From Bdellovibrionales bacterium (GTDB lineage: Bacteria; Bdellovibrionota; Bdellovibrionia; Bdellovibrionales; UBA1609): a stretch of DNA of 64,000 nucleotides. Every line of letters starts with the position of its first letter. Within the stretch, counting starts at the first letter, position 1. Under the pieces are notes generated by a model, which made no database searches, was not told the DNA's origin, and saw only the letters and a list, made by a program, of their open reading frames with translations. The position numbers were made by a program, and so were the translations under genes. The stretch is from positions 1 to 64,000 of the forward strand of contig JAWLHR010000004.1 in NCBI GenBank assembly GCA_041690295.1. Reading direction: 5' to 3'. Positions 47,474 to 55,473 of this stretch are shown here, piece after piece.

Positions 47474-50224
47474 ATGAATGTACGTTTTTTATTTGTCTGT
47501 TTGTTCGCGCTTGCGGGATCCGTCGCTTGTCAAAAATCAGGTGGCGGCGGTGAAGTGCTTGAACCGCAAGGATCATCGGCTTGTTTGACGGTGAAATCCA
47601 TTGCCGATGTGGATACCAAAAATTTGAAAATCATAAAGCAAGGAACGTCGGTTCCGGGTGATGTCGTCACCTTCCAGTTGAACCAACCGGTGGAGTGCGC
47701 GTCTGGTAAAGTCACTTGGACGGTGCAATCGAACGGTTTGGCGGAAGTGAAGAACGAAGCCGGCAAAATCGCCTCCAAGTTCAGCCGACGGGGTGAATAC
47801 GTGGTGGCGGCGAATGTCGCCTTCGAAGGAAAAGATCCCCTCGAAGTGTCCACCAAAGCCGTGGTGGTGGATGGTTTGTTCCTGACCGGTCCCGCGATCG
47901 GTATGGCGGAGCTGTTACACCGCTTTGAGATTTTAAAGCCGGATGGGGTGACCATTACCTCGGTTCTTTGGAACTTCGGCGATGACTCGGATCAGATTTC
48001 GGATCTGGGTCCCGTGGAGCACACCTATTGGGGCGAAGGCGACTACGTTGTGACCGCGGTCGTGACACTCGCCGATGGCTCCCAAGAGACGTTGACCCAC
48101 AATATTCATGTGCTGCCGCCGATGGACGGTATGGAGTGCGTGCGTGATCTCGCGATCTCCGGTCCTTCACAATTAAAAGTGAATGAAGTGGGAACCTTCT
48201 CGCTCTTTTTGCCTCAGTGTTTGAGCTGGCAGGTTCGTCAAATCCGATGGAATTTCGGAGACGGTTCATTGATGATGGTGGGAAGCCAGCTGGATCACGC
48301 CTATGATCGAGCTGGCGCGTTCACCATCCGCGTGGACCTCTTTACCGGTACGAGTCCGACTCCGCTTCTCACTCTTCGCCGCGATGTCGAGGTGACGGTG
48401 GATGGTCCGGCGCCGATTTGTGAACTTGGTGAGCAGCGAAGTTCAACCAGCGAGCCGTTCACGGAAGTCCGTGAGTGCGGCATCGGTGGTCAACAAACCA
48501 TCACTTACCAAAATCGCATCGTGGAAGAATGTCAGCTCGTCAATGACGTGGCCGACTGGGTTCATGTCTCAACCACCCGTGAAGAGGTCAGTCAGGGGCC
48601 CTGTGAAGGGCAAGCCTGTGAACTTCCCCCTGAGGCGATGGAAGGCGTGGATTTAAATCACGGCGGCTTCTTCCAGGTGGATGGCAAATGGTATATCCCC
48701 CATGGTTCAAGCAAGACTTTCTATTCCACTCGCTTGCCGGCGGAAAGTTGTCAGCAGGTGGCGCAAACCCGCTCCTGTAACAACGGCCAACTGAGCGGCT
48801 CCAGCCAACATGTCTATCTCTCTTGCTTGAATGGTTGTCCGGGTCACGGCGCCCATGGCACTGTGATCGAGAATGTGAAAACCGGCGAAGAAAATGTTCC
48901 CAAGCAGTGCAGCTTCAATGAGCCGGGCATTTACGACCTTTTCGCCGTTGTTTCTGATAAGCGTTGTGAAGATGGACAGGTGATCACGTTCAATTCCCGC
49001 CGGGGTGACTTGATTTCAGCGGGTCAGTGCCCGGTTTATAGCTGGCAACCGACGGATTCCTGGACTCAGTGTTCAGCGGATTGCGGTGGCGAGCAACAAC
49101 AGATCTTCAACTGTAAGAATGATAAAGGTGAGCTTTCGCCGCTTGAGCGATGTACAAGCGCTCAGCCGGTCGTTACTCGTCTTTGTGACGGCAATCCCGA
49201 CGCCGTTCGCCGCACGGAACATATGACGGTGATCGAAGACTCCGGTCGCAGTGAGGCTTGTCCGAAAAACCAAATCGGTTATGTGACAAAGAAACGCGAA
49301 GTCACCACGACCACCGCGTACGCCTGTATCGATCATAAAGTGCGGGTGGAAAGCACGACGGTGACTCCCGGACCGTGGACCGAAGAGAAGTACTGTATGG
49401 CCTATGCTCCTTACCGCTGCGCGGACGACCTGCTCACCGAACTTCAGGCCCGCGGCCGCTACAATTGGATGAAAAAGTGCGCGCCGGTTTCGCCCATGAT
49501 CAAACAGTTCCTGGATACGTTTGATTGGTCGAAAGGGAAGAATCAGGATCTCACCCATAAAGGCAACATCATTTACGCGAGCTTTATGGATAGCGCCACG
49601 ACCCCGCACAGATTGTGGGTGGCGCCGAGAACTTCGGGCGCATCATGTAATATTCCCTCCACGGTTTACATTTCGGCCGTTTGCGTGCTCGATTGCGCGA
49701 CTCCTGAGCAGCAGGTGATGGCGCAACACGAGGGCCGCGGACAACTGGAATACGTTCGCATGGATCAAGCTTGGCAGCGAAATTTCAAATTCCTGGCCAC
49801 GTTGTTTAAAAACAGCGATCTGAAAGGCGAGCGAGTCAAGAAGACCAAAGTGGATCGCTGGACGGAAAGCCTCGATAATCAGCACACGATCGTCGAGATG
49901 CAAATGGCTTCCGGTCGTCGCTTGCAGGTCACTCCCGGACATCCGGTGCTCTCCGACCAGGGTGTGATGAAAGAAGCCCGCGAATTCCAAGTCGGTGATT
50001 CGCTGGTTCTGTTGGGCGGACAAACGGATCAGATCGTGAAGATCTCTTCCGGCCGGGTGAATTCGCGGGTGTACAACGTTTATGTGCAATCCGATGATCC
50101 CCAGCAAAACGTGATGATGCTCAACGGTTATCTCACGGGTACGGCGTTTTTCGTGAATGAAGGCATTAATCAGATGAACCGTCAGATCCTGCGTATGTCG
50201 CTGACACAAGGGGTGTTTGACTGA
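47474..50224 (+). CDS. Large lipoprotein with PKD repeats, Cys-rich/thrombospondin type-1 region and C-terminal Hint domain
   Basis: Lipobox SVAC; WNFGD..HTY and WNFGDG..HAY (PKD); SW..DSWTQCSADCGG (TSP1); C741-ATPEQ, LQVTPGHPVL and VYNVYV (Hint blocks A, B, F). Confidence 0.8.
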   Translation: MNVRFLFVCLFALAGSVACQKSGGGGEVLEPQGSSACLTVKSIADVDTKNLKIIKQGTSVPGDVVTFQLNQPVECASGKVTWTVQSNGLAEVKNEAGKIASKFSRRGEYVVAANVAFEGKDPLEVSTKAVVVDGLFLTGPAIGMAELLHRFEILKPDGVTITSVLWNFGDDSDQISDLGPVEHTYWGEGDYVVTAVVTLADGSQETLTHNIHVLPPMDGMECVRDLAISGPSQLKVNEVGTFSLFLPQCLSWQVRQIRWNFGDGSLMMVGSQLDHAYDRAGAFTIRVDLFTGTSPTPLLTLRRDVEVTVDGPAPICELGEQRSSTSEPFTEVRECGIGGQQTITYQNRIVEECQLVNDVADWVHVSTTREEVSQGPCEGQACELPPEAMEGVDLNHGGFFQVDGKWYIPHGSSKTFYSTRLPAESCQQVAQTRSCNNGQLSGSSQHVYLSCLNGCPGHGAHGTVIENVKTGEENVPKQCSFNEPGIYDLFAVVSDKRCEDGQVITFNSRRGDLISAGQCPVYSWQPTDSWTQCSADCGGEQQQIFNCKNDKGELSPLERCTSAQPVVTRLCDGNPDAVRRTEHMTVIEDSGRSEACPKNQIGYVTKKREVTTTTAYACIDHKVRVESTTVTPGPWTEEKYCMAYAPYRCADDLLTELQARGRYNWMKKCAPVSPMIKQFLDTFDWSKGKNQDLTHKGNIIYASFMDSATTPHRLWVAPRTSGASCNIPSTVYISAVCVLDCATPEQQVMAQHEGRGQLEYVRMDQAWQRNFKFLATLFKNSDLKGERVKKTKVDRWTESLDNQHTIVEMQMASGRRLQVTPGHPVLSDQGVMKEAREFQVGDSLVLLGGQTDQIVKISSGRVNSRVYNVYVQSDDPQQNVMMLNGYLTGTAFFVNEGINQMNRQILRMSLTQGVFD

Positions 50225-50919
50225 TGTCGAATGCGCGGTGGTCGACGTTTATCGCGGCTTTGGCCTTGATCATAGGGTGGGGCGTGTTTCGCTCCCCGCC
50301 ACCGCCTGACATTCATCACGAAGACGACGCTCGTCCCACGGCCGACGCCGCGAAACTTGAGCCCGTTCCGATTTTGGAGCGAACCATGGCTTCCAAGGAA
50401 GCGCCCAAAGCGGAGCGTCCCCATCGGTTCGAGTACCAATCCGAACTGGATAAGTTCCAAAGTTTAAAAAAGAAGGTTTTTCTCTCAGAAGACGAGAAAG
50501 GCGAGAGGTTGCGTATCATTCGGGACAGCCGGTTGTTGCGCGCTCTCGGCTTGCGGTTGACCGAAACCACGATCAATCCGGAAGTCTCCGCCAGCCAGGA
50601 CGCCGCCATCGACCTGCTATTGGAAGCTCTCAAAGAGGGCGATTCACAGGTGGCGTCTGATGTCTTAAGGTCGGTGATCGAGGACCCGAAGGTGGAGGAT
50701 GGGGGATTGCCCCAGGCCGTGCGGGAGCATTTGGCCGGAATCAAAGCGGAAGTGCTGTATCATTGGGCAGCTCTGATGCCTAATGAGGCTTCACGCGTTC
50801 AAAACAGCCTGCCAGGGCCCGTAAGCCGCAAGATTTGGGACCGGGTTGCCAACCGCCATGCCTCTAATGTGGCGGAATCGTTGGCTGAGGCCGCCAAGGC
50901 CGCCACCAAGGCCGACTAA
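50224..50919 (+). CDS. Membrane-anchored hypothetical protein coupled to the Hint protein
   Basis: TGATG overlap; N-terminal TM; helical body. Confidence 0.7.
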   Translation: MSNARWSTFIAALALIIGWGVFRSPPPPDIHHEDDARPTADAAKLEPVPILERTMASKEAPKAERPHRFEYQSELDKFQSLKKKVFLSEDEKGERLRIIRDSRLLRALGLRLTETTINPEVSASQDAAIDLLLEALKEGDSQVASDVLRSVIEDPKVEDGGLPQAVREHLAGIKAEVLYHWAALMPNEASRVQNSLPGPVSRKIWDRVANRHASNVAESLAEAAKAATKAD

Positions 50920-50946
50920 TTTGCCTTTGGCGTCAAAAACTTCAAG

Positions 50947-50975
50947 TTGCCTATTAGCTCTGATTTAAATAGATT
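50947..50975 (+). promoter_or_regulatory. sigma70 promoter for tRNA
   Basis: TTGCCT-N17-TAGATT. Confidence 0.5.
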
Positions 50976-50994
50976 ACACCTTCCATTTTGGCGC

Positions 50995-51071
50995 GGGGTG
51001 GTAGTTAAGTTGGTTATAACGTCCGCCTGTCACGCGGAAGGCCGCGGGTTCGAGTCCCGTCCACCCCGCCA
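50995..51071 (+). tRNA. tRNA-Asp (GTC)
   Basis: GGGGTGG/CCACCCC acceptor stem, TCCGC-CTGTCAC-GCGGA anticodon arm, GGTTCGAGTCC T-loop, encoded CCA. Confidence 0.97.
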
Positions 51072-51075
51072 ATTT

Positions 51076-51105
51076 AAAAAGCTCACCCATCGGGTGGGCT
51101 TTTTT
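51076..51105 (+). terminator. Rho-independent terminator
   Basis: AAAAAGCTCACCC-ATC-GGGTGGGCTTTTTT. Confidence 0.85.
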
Positions 51106-51437
51106 AATTGTGTCGTGCGATGGGAGAGATCCCTCTGGGGCACGTGCGAATCTTGGTAGAAAAATCCACGCCACTTTAAAATCTCGACTGCATCTTTCTA
51201 CCTCGTCAGACTGTGTGCAAAGGCGATACATTTTTAGGTCGCACATGCATCTCGGAATTTGAAAAGACAATCGCGGTCAAACCATACAGCCAAGTTGGGC
51301 AAGGCAAATTCAGACCACAATGTGACCTAAATCATCCGCTCGGATTGAGGCGGCCTCTGACCCGACTTCAAAATCGACAAACAGTTTAGCAATTCATAAA
51401 CTTTAAACATGGATTTAAATATAAACGCGCATACGAT

Positions 51438-51453
51438 GGGAATATCTGTTGCA
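51438..51453 (+). promoter_or_regulatory. Possible sigma54 promoter
   Basis: GGGAATATCTGTTGCA, GG-N10-GC. Confidence 0.35.
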
Positions 51454-51494
51454 CGATGGGTTCAACGCAACAGAACCCAATTCAGGAAAGCCAA

Positions 51495-52820
51495 ATGCCG
51501 AGTCTCAACGTGAGAAAATCATTCCAGTTAGTGATCTTGGCGGCGGCTTTAATTCTCACCCTTGGCGGGAACGCCTGTTTTCACCTGGCGAGGTCGGGAT
51601 TTGCTCCGGCACCCGTACCAGCATCAGGACCAGTACCGGAATCAGCATCACCAGAAGTGGCAACGCCGGCGCCAGCACCGACACCGGAGCCCCTTCGGGA
51701 ACCCACGTATGGACAACCTATTGAACGGGAAGCCTTCGGCATTCGCCCGAATCACGTCTCGGCGGCACAAAAGATCGCCACAGTAAAATCCTACTTTTCC
51801 TATTGGAAGAACGCCTACATCAAAACTCTCGCCGGCCCCCGGGGCGGGTACTATGTGGCCATGCAAGGCGTGGGTCCCGACGGTGAAAAGTCCATCACCA
51901 CATCGGAAGCCCATGGTTACGGCATGATCATCTTCGCCTTGATGGCGGATCATGAACCCAATGCCAAACAATACTTCGATGGTCTCTTTAACGTTTTCGA
52001 CAAGCACCGGAGTTCAATGAATTCCGCCAACATGGCTTGGATTGTGACTGATCCCGATAAGGGCAGCTATAGTTCGGCGACGGACGGAGACATGGACATC
52101 GCCTACGCCCTTTTACTGGCTCACGCCAGATGGGGCTCTGGCGGTGCGATCAATTATCTGGCCGAGGCGAAAAGAACCATCCAAGAGGGGATTAAAAAAA
52201 GCGACTTCAATTCGTCCGGTCGAACAAGCCTTGGAGATTGGGATAAGGATCCCTACAATACGCGCTCTTCCGATTGGATGCCGGGACACTTTCGAGCGTA
52301 TTACGCGGCCACACAAGATGAGTTTTGGCTTTCGGCCGCGGCAAAGGTCTATCAACTGGTTCAAATCATCCAATCCAATTATTCGCCCCTGACCGGACTC
52401 ATGCCCGACTTCGTGATTGGCGCTTCACCCAGGCCCGCTCCCGCCAATTATTTGGACGAGGGCACGGTCGATTTTTCATGGAACGCATGCCGAAATCCTC
52501 TTCGACTGGCGATTGACTATGGACTTTACGGCACAGCTGAGGCGAAGACCGCGTTGATGAAAATGTCGGATTGGATCGTGCAATCCACCGGCGGCGACCC
52601 GGCTAAAATTCGGGCCGGATACTTTTTGGATGGAAAGCCCCAAGCGAACTACAGCGCGGCCGCATTCATCGCACCGTTGGTCGCGGCGGCCACGGCTGAC
52701 CAAAAATATCAATCGTTTGTAAATCGGGGATGGGACACTCTCATTAAAATGAAGTCGGATTATTATAGCGACTCAATTAATTTACTGGCTCTTCTTTATC
52801 TTTCCGATTTGTGGCGCTAG
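51495..52820 (+). CDS. Glycoside hydrolase family 8 (chitosanase/glucanase-like), exported
   Basis: TTSEAHGYGM, SATDGDMDIAYALLLA..RWG, TRSSD, WNACR.P.R; signal or lipobox and Pro-rich linker. Confidence 0.9.
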   Translation: MPSLNVRKSFQLVILAAALILTLGGNACFHLARSGFAPAPVPASGPVPESASPEVATPAPAPTPEPLREPTYGQPIEREAFGIRPNHVSAAQKIATVKSYFSYWKNAYIKTLAGPRGGYYVAMQGVGPDGEKSITTSEAHGYGMIIFALMADHEPNAKQYFDGLFNVFDKHRSSMNSANMAWIVTDPDKGSYSSATDGDMDIAYALLLAHARWGSGGAINYLAEAKRTIQEGIKKSDFNSSGRTSLGDWDKDPYNTRSSDWMPGHFRAYYAATQDEFWLSAAAKVYQLVQIIQSNYSPLTGLMPDFVIGASPRPAPANYLDEGTVDFSWNACRNPLRLAIDYGLYGTAEAKTALMKMSDWIVQSTGGDPAKIRAGYFLDGKPQANYSAAAFIAPLVAAATADQKYQSFVNRGWDTLIKMKSDYYSDSINLLALLYLSDLWR

Positions 52821-52895
52821 TAAGGCCCACGTGCCCGCGCCCCTTCGCGGCTAAAGGTTTTTTTCAATACCAGTTAAATCTGCTAAAAGCAGGAT

Positions 52896-53609
52896 GTGCG
52901 TGTCGCTCGACGGATTTTTGTTATCGTCGTCCTGGTTCTTGTGGCGGTTTCCACCTGCAGCGTGAGTCAAGCGGCGACGAAACCGCCATCAAAGAAGACC
53001 TGCGAAACCACCCTCAGTTCCCAACCGCTTCCGCAAATCAAGCCCATCATTCTTAAACCCTTAAAAAGCCTCAAAGATAATCCCAATCATCTTTTCGAGA
53101 TGAAGTATGACGGCTTCAGGGCCATCGCTTATTTCGACAGGCAACGTGGCTGTCGCTTTATATCCCGAAACGGTAAAAGACTTCCTCAATTTCAAGACCT
53201 TTGTGAAGCGATCGCAAGCGAGCTGAAAATCAAAAACGCCATTTTCGATGGCGAAATCATCGCCACCGATGAATCGGGTCGGCCGATTTTTAAAAAACTG
53301 CTTCGTCGCGAAGGGCCTTTTCAGTATGTGGCCTTTGATCTCTTATGGCTTAATGGCCAAGATTTTCGCGAACTTCCGCTCGAAGAGCGTCGGCAAAAGC
53401 TCCTCAAAGTCTTACCGAAATCATCCAAAATCATCTCCGAATCACTGGCGCAAGTCGGAACTGGATCCAAGCTCTTCAACCTAATGGTTGAACACGACCT
53501 CGAAGGCATTGTGGTGAAACGACTTAAAGACAAATATCTGCGCTCCACCAAATGGTACAAAGTCAAAAATCCAAACTATTCGCAAAACGTTGGAAGAAAG
53601 TGGCGCTAG
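52896..53609 (+). CDS. ATP-dependent DNA ligase, nucleotidyltransferase domain only, with signal peptide
   Basis: Motif I EMKYDGFRA, III FDGEII, IIIa AFDLL, IV EGIVVK, V WYKVK; stops 13 aa later; hydrophobic N-terminus ending SQA. Confidence 0.82.
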   Translation: MRVARRIFVIVVLVLVAVSTCSVSQAATKPPSKKTCETTLSSQPLPQIKPIILKPLKSLKDNPNHLFEMKYDGFRAIAYFDRQRGCRFISRNGKRLPQFQDLCEAIASELKIKNAIFDGEIIATDESGRPIFKKLLRREGPFQYVAFDLLWLNGQDFRELPLEERRQKLLKVLPKSSKIISESLAQVGTGSKLFNLMVEHDLEGIVVKRLKDKYLRSTKWYKVKNPNYSQNVGRKWR

Positions 53610-53989
53610 TGAAGAGCTTTCCGCGGAGACAGTTTTCTAATCTCACGCTCCAGCAGGTCTTTTAAAACCACGGCATTGTTGTGGTCCGGATCCTTCGCGG
53701 AATAAACCAAAGTTACGGTTCCTTTAGCGCCACGTTTCGCTAGATCCGAGATTAGTTCCCGAGCCGCAGGGGAGCGGAGTTCGGCCTTGTACTTTTTCTG
53801 AAAATCGCCCCACTTTTTCGGATCGTGACCAAAGCTCTTACGCAGCTCATTGCTGGGCGCTAAATCCTTTAGCCAGGCGTCAATTTCCAATTCCGATTTC
53901 TTAATACCGCGGGGCCACAGCCGATCGATCAAAACCCGATAGCCGTCTTTCTTTTGCGAGGGCTCATAAACTCGTCTGATCTTAATCAT
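53606..53989 (-). CDS. DUF488/YeaO family protein
   Basis: IRRVYE, RVLIDRLWPRGIKK, APS.ELRK.FGH, TLVYSAKD..HNNAVVL. Confidence 0.92.
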   Translation of the reverse strand: MIKIRRVYEPSQKKDGYRVLIDRLWPRGIKKSELEIDAWLKDLAPSNELRKSFGHDPKKWGDFQKKYKAELRSPAARELISDLAKRGAKGTVTLVYSAKDPDHNNAVVLKDLLEREIRKLSPRKALH

Positions 53990-54001
53990 AAAGAACCTTC
54001 G

Positions 54002-54017
54002 AGCAATTTATATGCCC
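54002..54017 (-). promoter_or_regulatory. sigma54 promoter (near-leaderless transcript)
   Basis: GGGCATATAAATTGCT; -12 C lies 14 nt before ATG 53989. Confidence 0.55.
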
Positions 54018-54067
54018 CGCCGCGAACACAATCAAGATGCGGTAAGGACATACCGGAATATGACTCA

Positions 54068-54286
54068 CTAAACCGGACCTAAGATTTCGATGTTGTTGAC
54101 TATTTTTTTGACCCCCATCAAACGGTCCAAACACCCTTCGGCGAGAATCCGTTCCTTCTGACTGCTGACTTTACCGGAAAGGGTGACGACTCCGTTTCGC
54201 ACATCGACAGCCACATCAGACGCCTCTAAATCGGCGTTGTTGTCCAGGGCACGACGGATTTCATTCTTGATCTTCCTGTCCGTCAT
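54068..54286 (-). CDS. Single BON domain protein
   Basis: D..I..EI..AL..N.DL.ASDV.VDV.NGVVTLSGKV...GV..IVN.I. Confidence 0.85.
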   Translation of the reverse strand: MTDRKIKNEIRRALDNNADLEASDVAVDVRNGVVTLSGKVSSQKERILAEGCLDRLMGVKKIVNNIEILGPV

Positions 54287-54298
54287 GCCCAGTGAAAG

Positions 54299-54314
54299 TG
54301 CAAGGAAAATGCCG
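54299..54314 (-). promoter_or_regulatory. sigma54 promoter (near-leaderless transcript)
   Basis: CGGCATTTTCCTTGCA; -12 C lies 14 nt before ATG 54286. Confidence 0.55.
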
Positions 54315-54327
54315 AGCGGAGTGTGCT

Positions 54328-54840
54328 CTAGGGGCCCTCGAAGCAATTGTACCAGCGCGATTGATTGCCGTTAGGCATGTTCAGCTTTTTATTGGTGGCG
54401 TAGGTCCCCAAATCAAGCTTAACGATCCGGGTGTAATCCGGGCTCACCCGCATGTCCAAGCGATAGACTTCGGTGCGGCCATATTCCTCTTCATAAAGTT
54501 TATCGCGCTTTAAGTAGACCAGCCGTTGTTTAAAAAACTGAATGTGGGTTTCTCCTTCGCGGCTTCCCGGAGGAATATAGGAAAGCGGGAGGTAGGCCTC
54601 ACGACCGCGTTTATCAACAATGTAAATCTCACCGATCATGGAGCTTATTCCTGGTTCCGCGCTCAAATCACAGGCGGTGATTTCAATCTGGCAACCGCCG
54701 ACCTGCAGGCGCCCTTGGAAATGATTTAGCCAATGGTGCAGTTCAACCGCTCGACGCGTATTTTGCAGATCTTTAGGGCAGGAATAAGCCCAAGCGGAAC
54801 CAACCCAGAGAATCATTGCGGCTATTGCGAGGTGTTTCAT
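54328..54840 (-). CDS. Secreted hypothetical protein
   Basis: Signal peptide ending AWA; four Cys; ATGA overlap with the upstream gene. Confidence 0.75.
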   Translation of the reverse strand: MKHLAIAAMILWVGSAWAYSCPKDLQNTRRAVELHHWLNHFQGRLQVGGCQIEITACDLSAEPGISSMIGEIYIVDKRGREAYLPLSYIPPGSREGETHIQFFKQRLVYLKRDKLYEEEYGRTEVYRLDMRVSPDYTRIVKLDLGTYATNKKLNMPNGNQSRWYNCFEGP

Positions 54841-55250
54841 TTCTTTTCGGTTTCCATATCAATTTTGCGGATTCTTAAGGAGGCGATGCGGGTTTGCAGG
54901 TCTCCGGCTTTTTGCAGTTTTTCAAGTAAGAGTTCCCGTTCACTTTCGCTCAGTCGCTCGTCCAACATGACTTTAGGAAATCCCGCCATCTTCAGTTCTT
55001 GTTCCACTTCCGATAATTGCTCACTGAGCTGAGCAATTTCTTGTTGAATTCGCTCAAGTGAGCCGTCGTTTTTATTTTGAATTTCGCTCGATTTTGTTTC
55101 GACAGTCGGCTCAGGTGACGGTGACGGCAAAGCGGCTTGCTCGCTCGCTTGATGCGGCGGGTTCAAGGTTCCGTCGTCCGCGGGCCGTTTGTTCAACCCA
55201 ATAAGAACAATCCCAATAATAAGGACTGCAAGTGCGATGGTCTTTTTCAT
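54837..55250 (-). CDS. Membrane-anchored coiled-coil hypothetical protein
   Basis: GGGAGG RBS, N-terminal TM, Pro linker, heptad helix. Confidence 0.75.
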   Translation of the reverse strand: MKKTIALAVLIIGIVLIGLNKRPADDGTLNPPHQASEQAALPSPSPEPTVETKSSEIQNKNDGSLERIQQEIAQLSEQLSEVEQELKMAGFPKVMLDERLSESERELLLEKLQKAGDLQTRIASLRIRKIDMETEKK

Positions 55251-55278
55251 CTAGGAATTCCCTCCCTGAGTCACGTAT

Positions 55279-55294
55279 GGCAAGCCGCATACCA
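55279..55294 (-). promoter_or_regulatory. sigma54 promoter
   Basis: TGGTATGCGGCTTGCC on the minus strand. Confidence 0.55.
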
Positions 55295-55430
55295 TCCCCA
55301 AATAAAGCAAAACCATGTGAATTCGGATATGTCCGGACAAATTTGAAGGTTTCTTCTCATTTGCTGGACCAGAAAATTGTACGAAGAAACTGAAAGAAAG
55401 AATTAAAAGCCTCCCCGGCAAAATCGACGC

Positions 55431-55446
55431 AGGCACTCAAGTTGCT
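55431..55446 (+). promoter_or_regulatory. sigma54 promoter
   Basis: AGGCACTCAAGTTGCT, near consensus, 27 nt upstream of ATG 55474. Confidence 0.65.
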
Positions 55447-55473
55447 ACATGGCCACCATTCGGAGGGTTCAAA

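Noticed and set aside
49694..50224. Canonical splicing intein
   Set aside because: No His-Asn plus Cys/Ser/Thr junction, no endonuclease and almost no C-extein; treated as a BIL/Hedgehog-like Hint.
51106..51437. Integrase remnant or att site after tRNA-Asp
   Set aside because: No recombinase motifs or tRNA-end duplication were seen.
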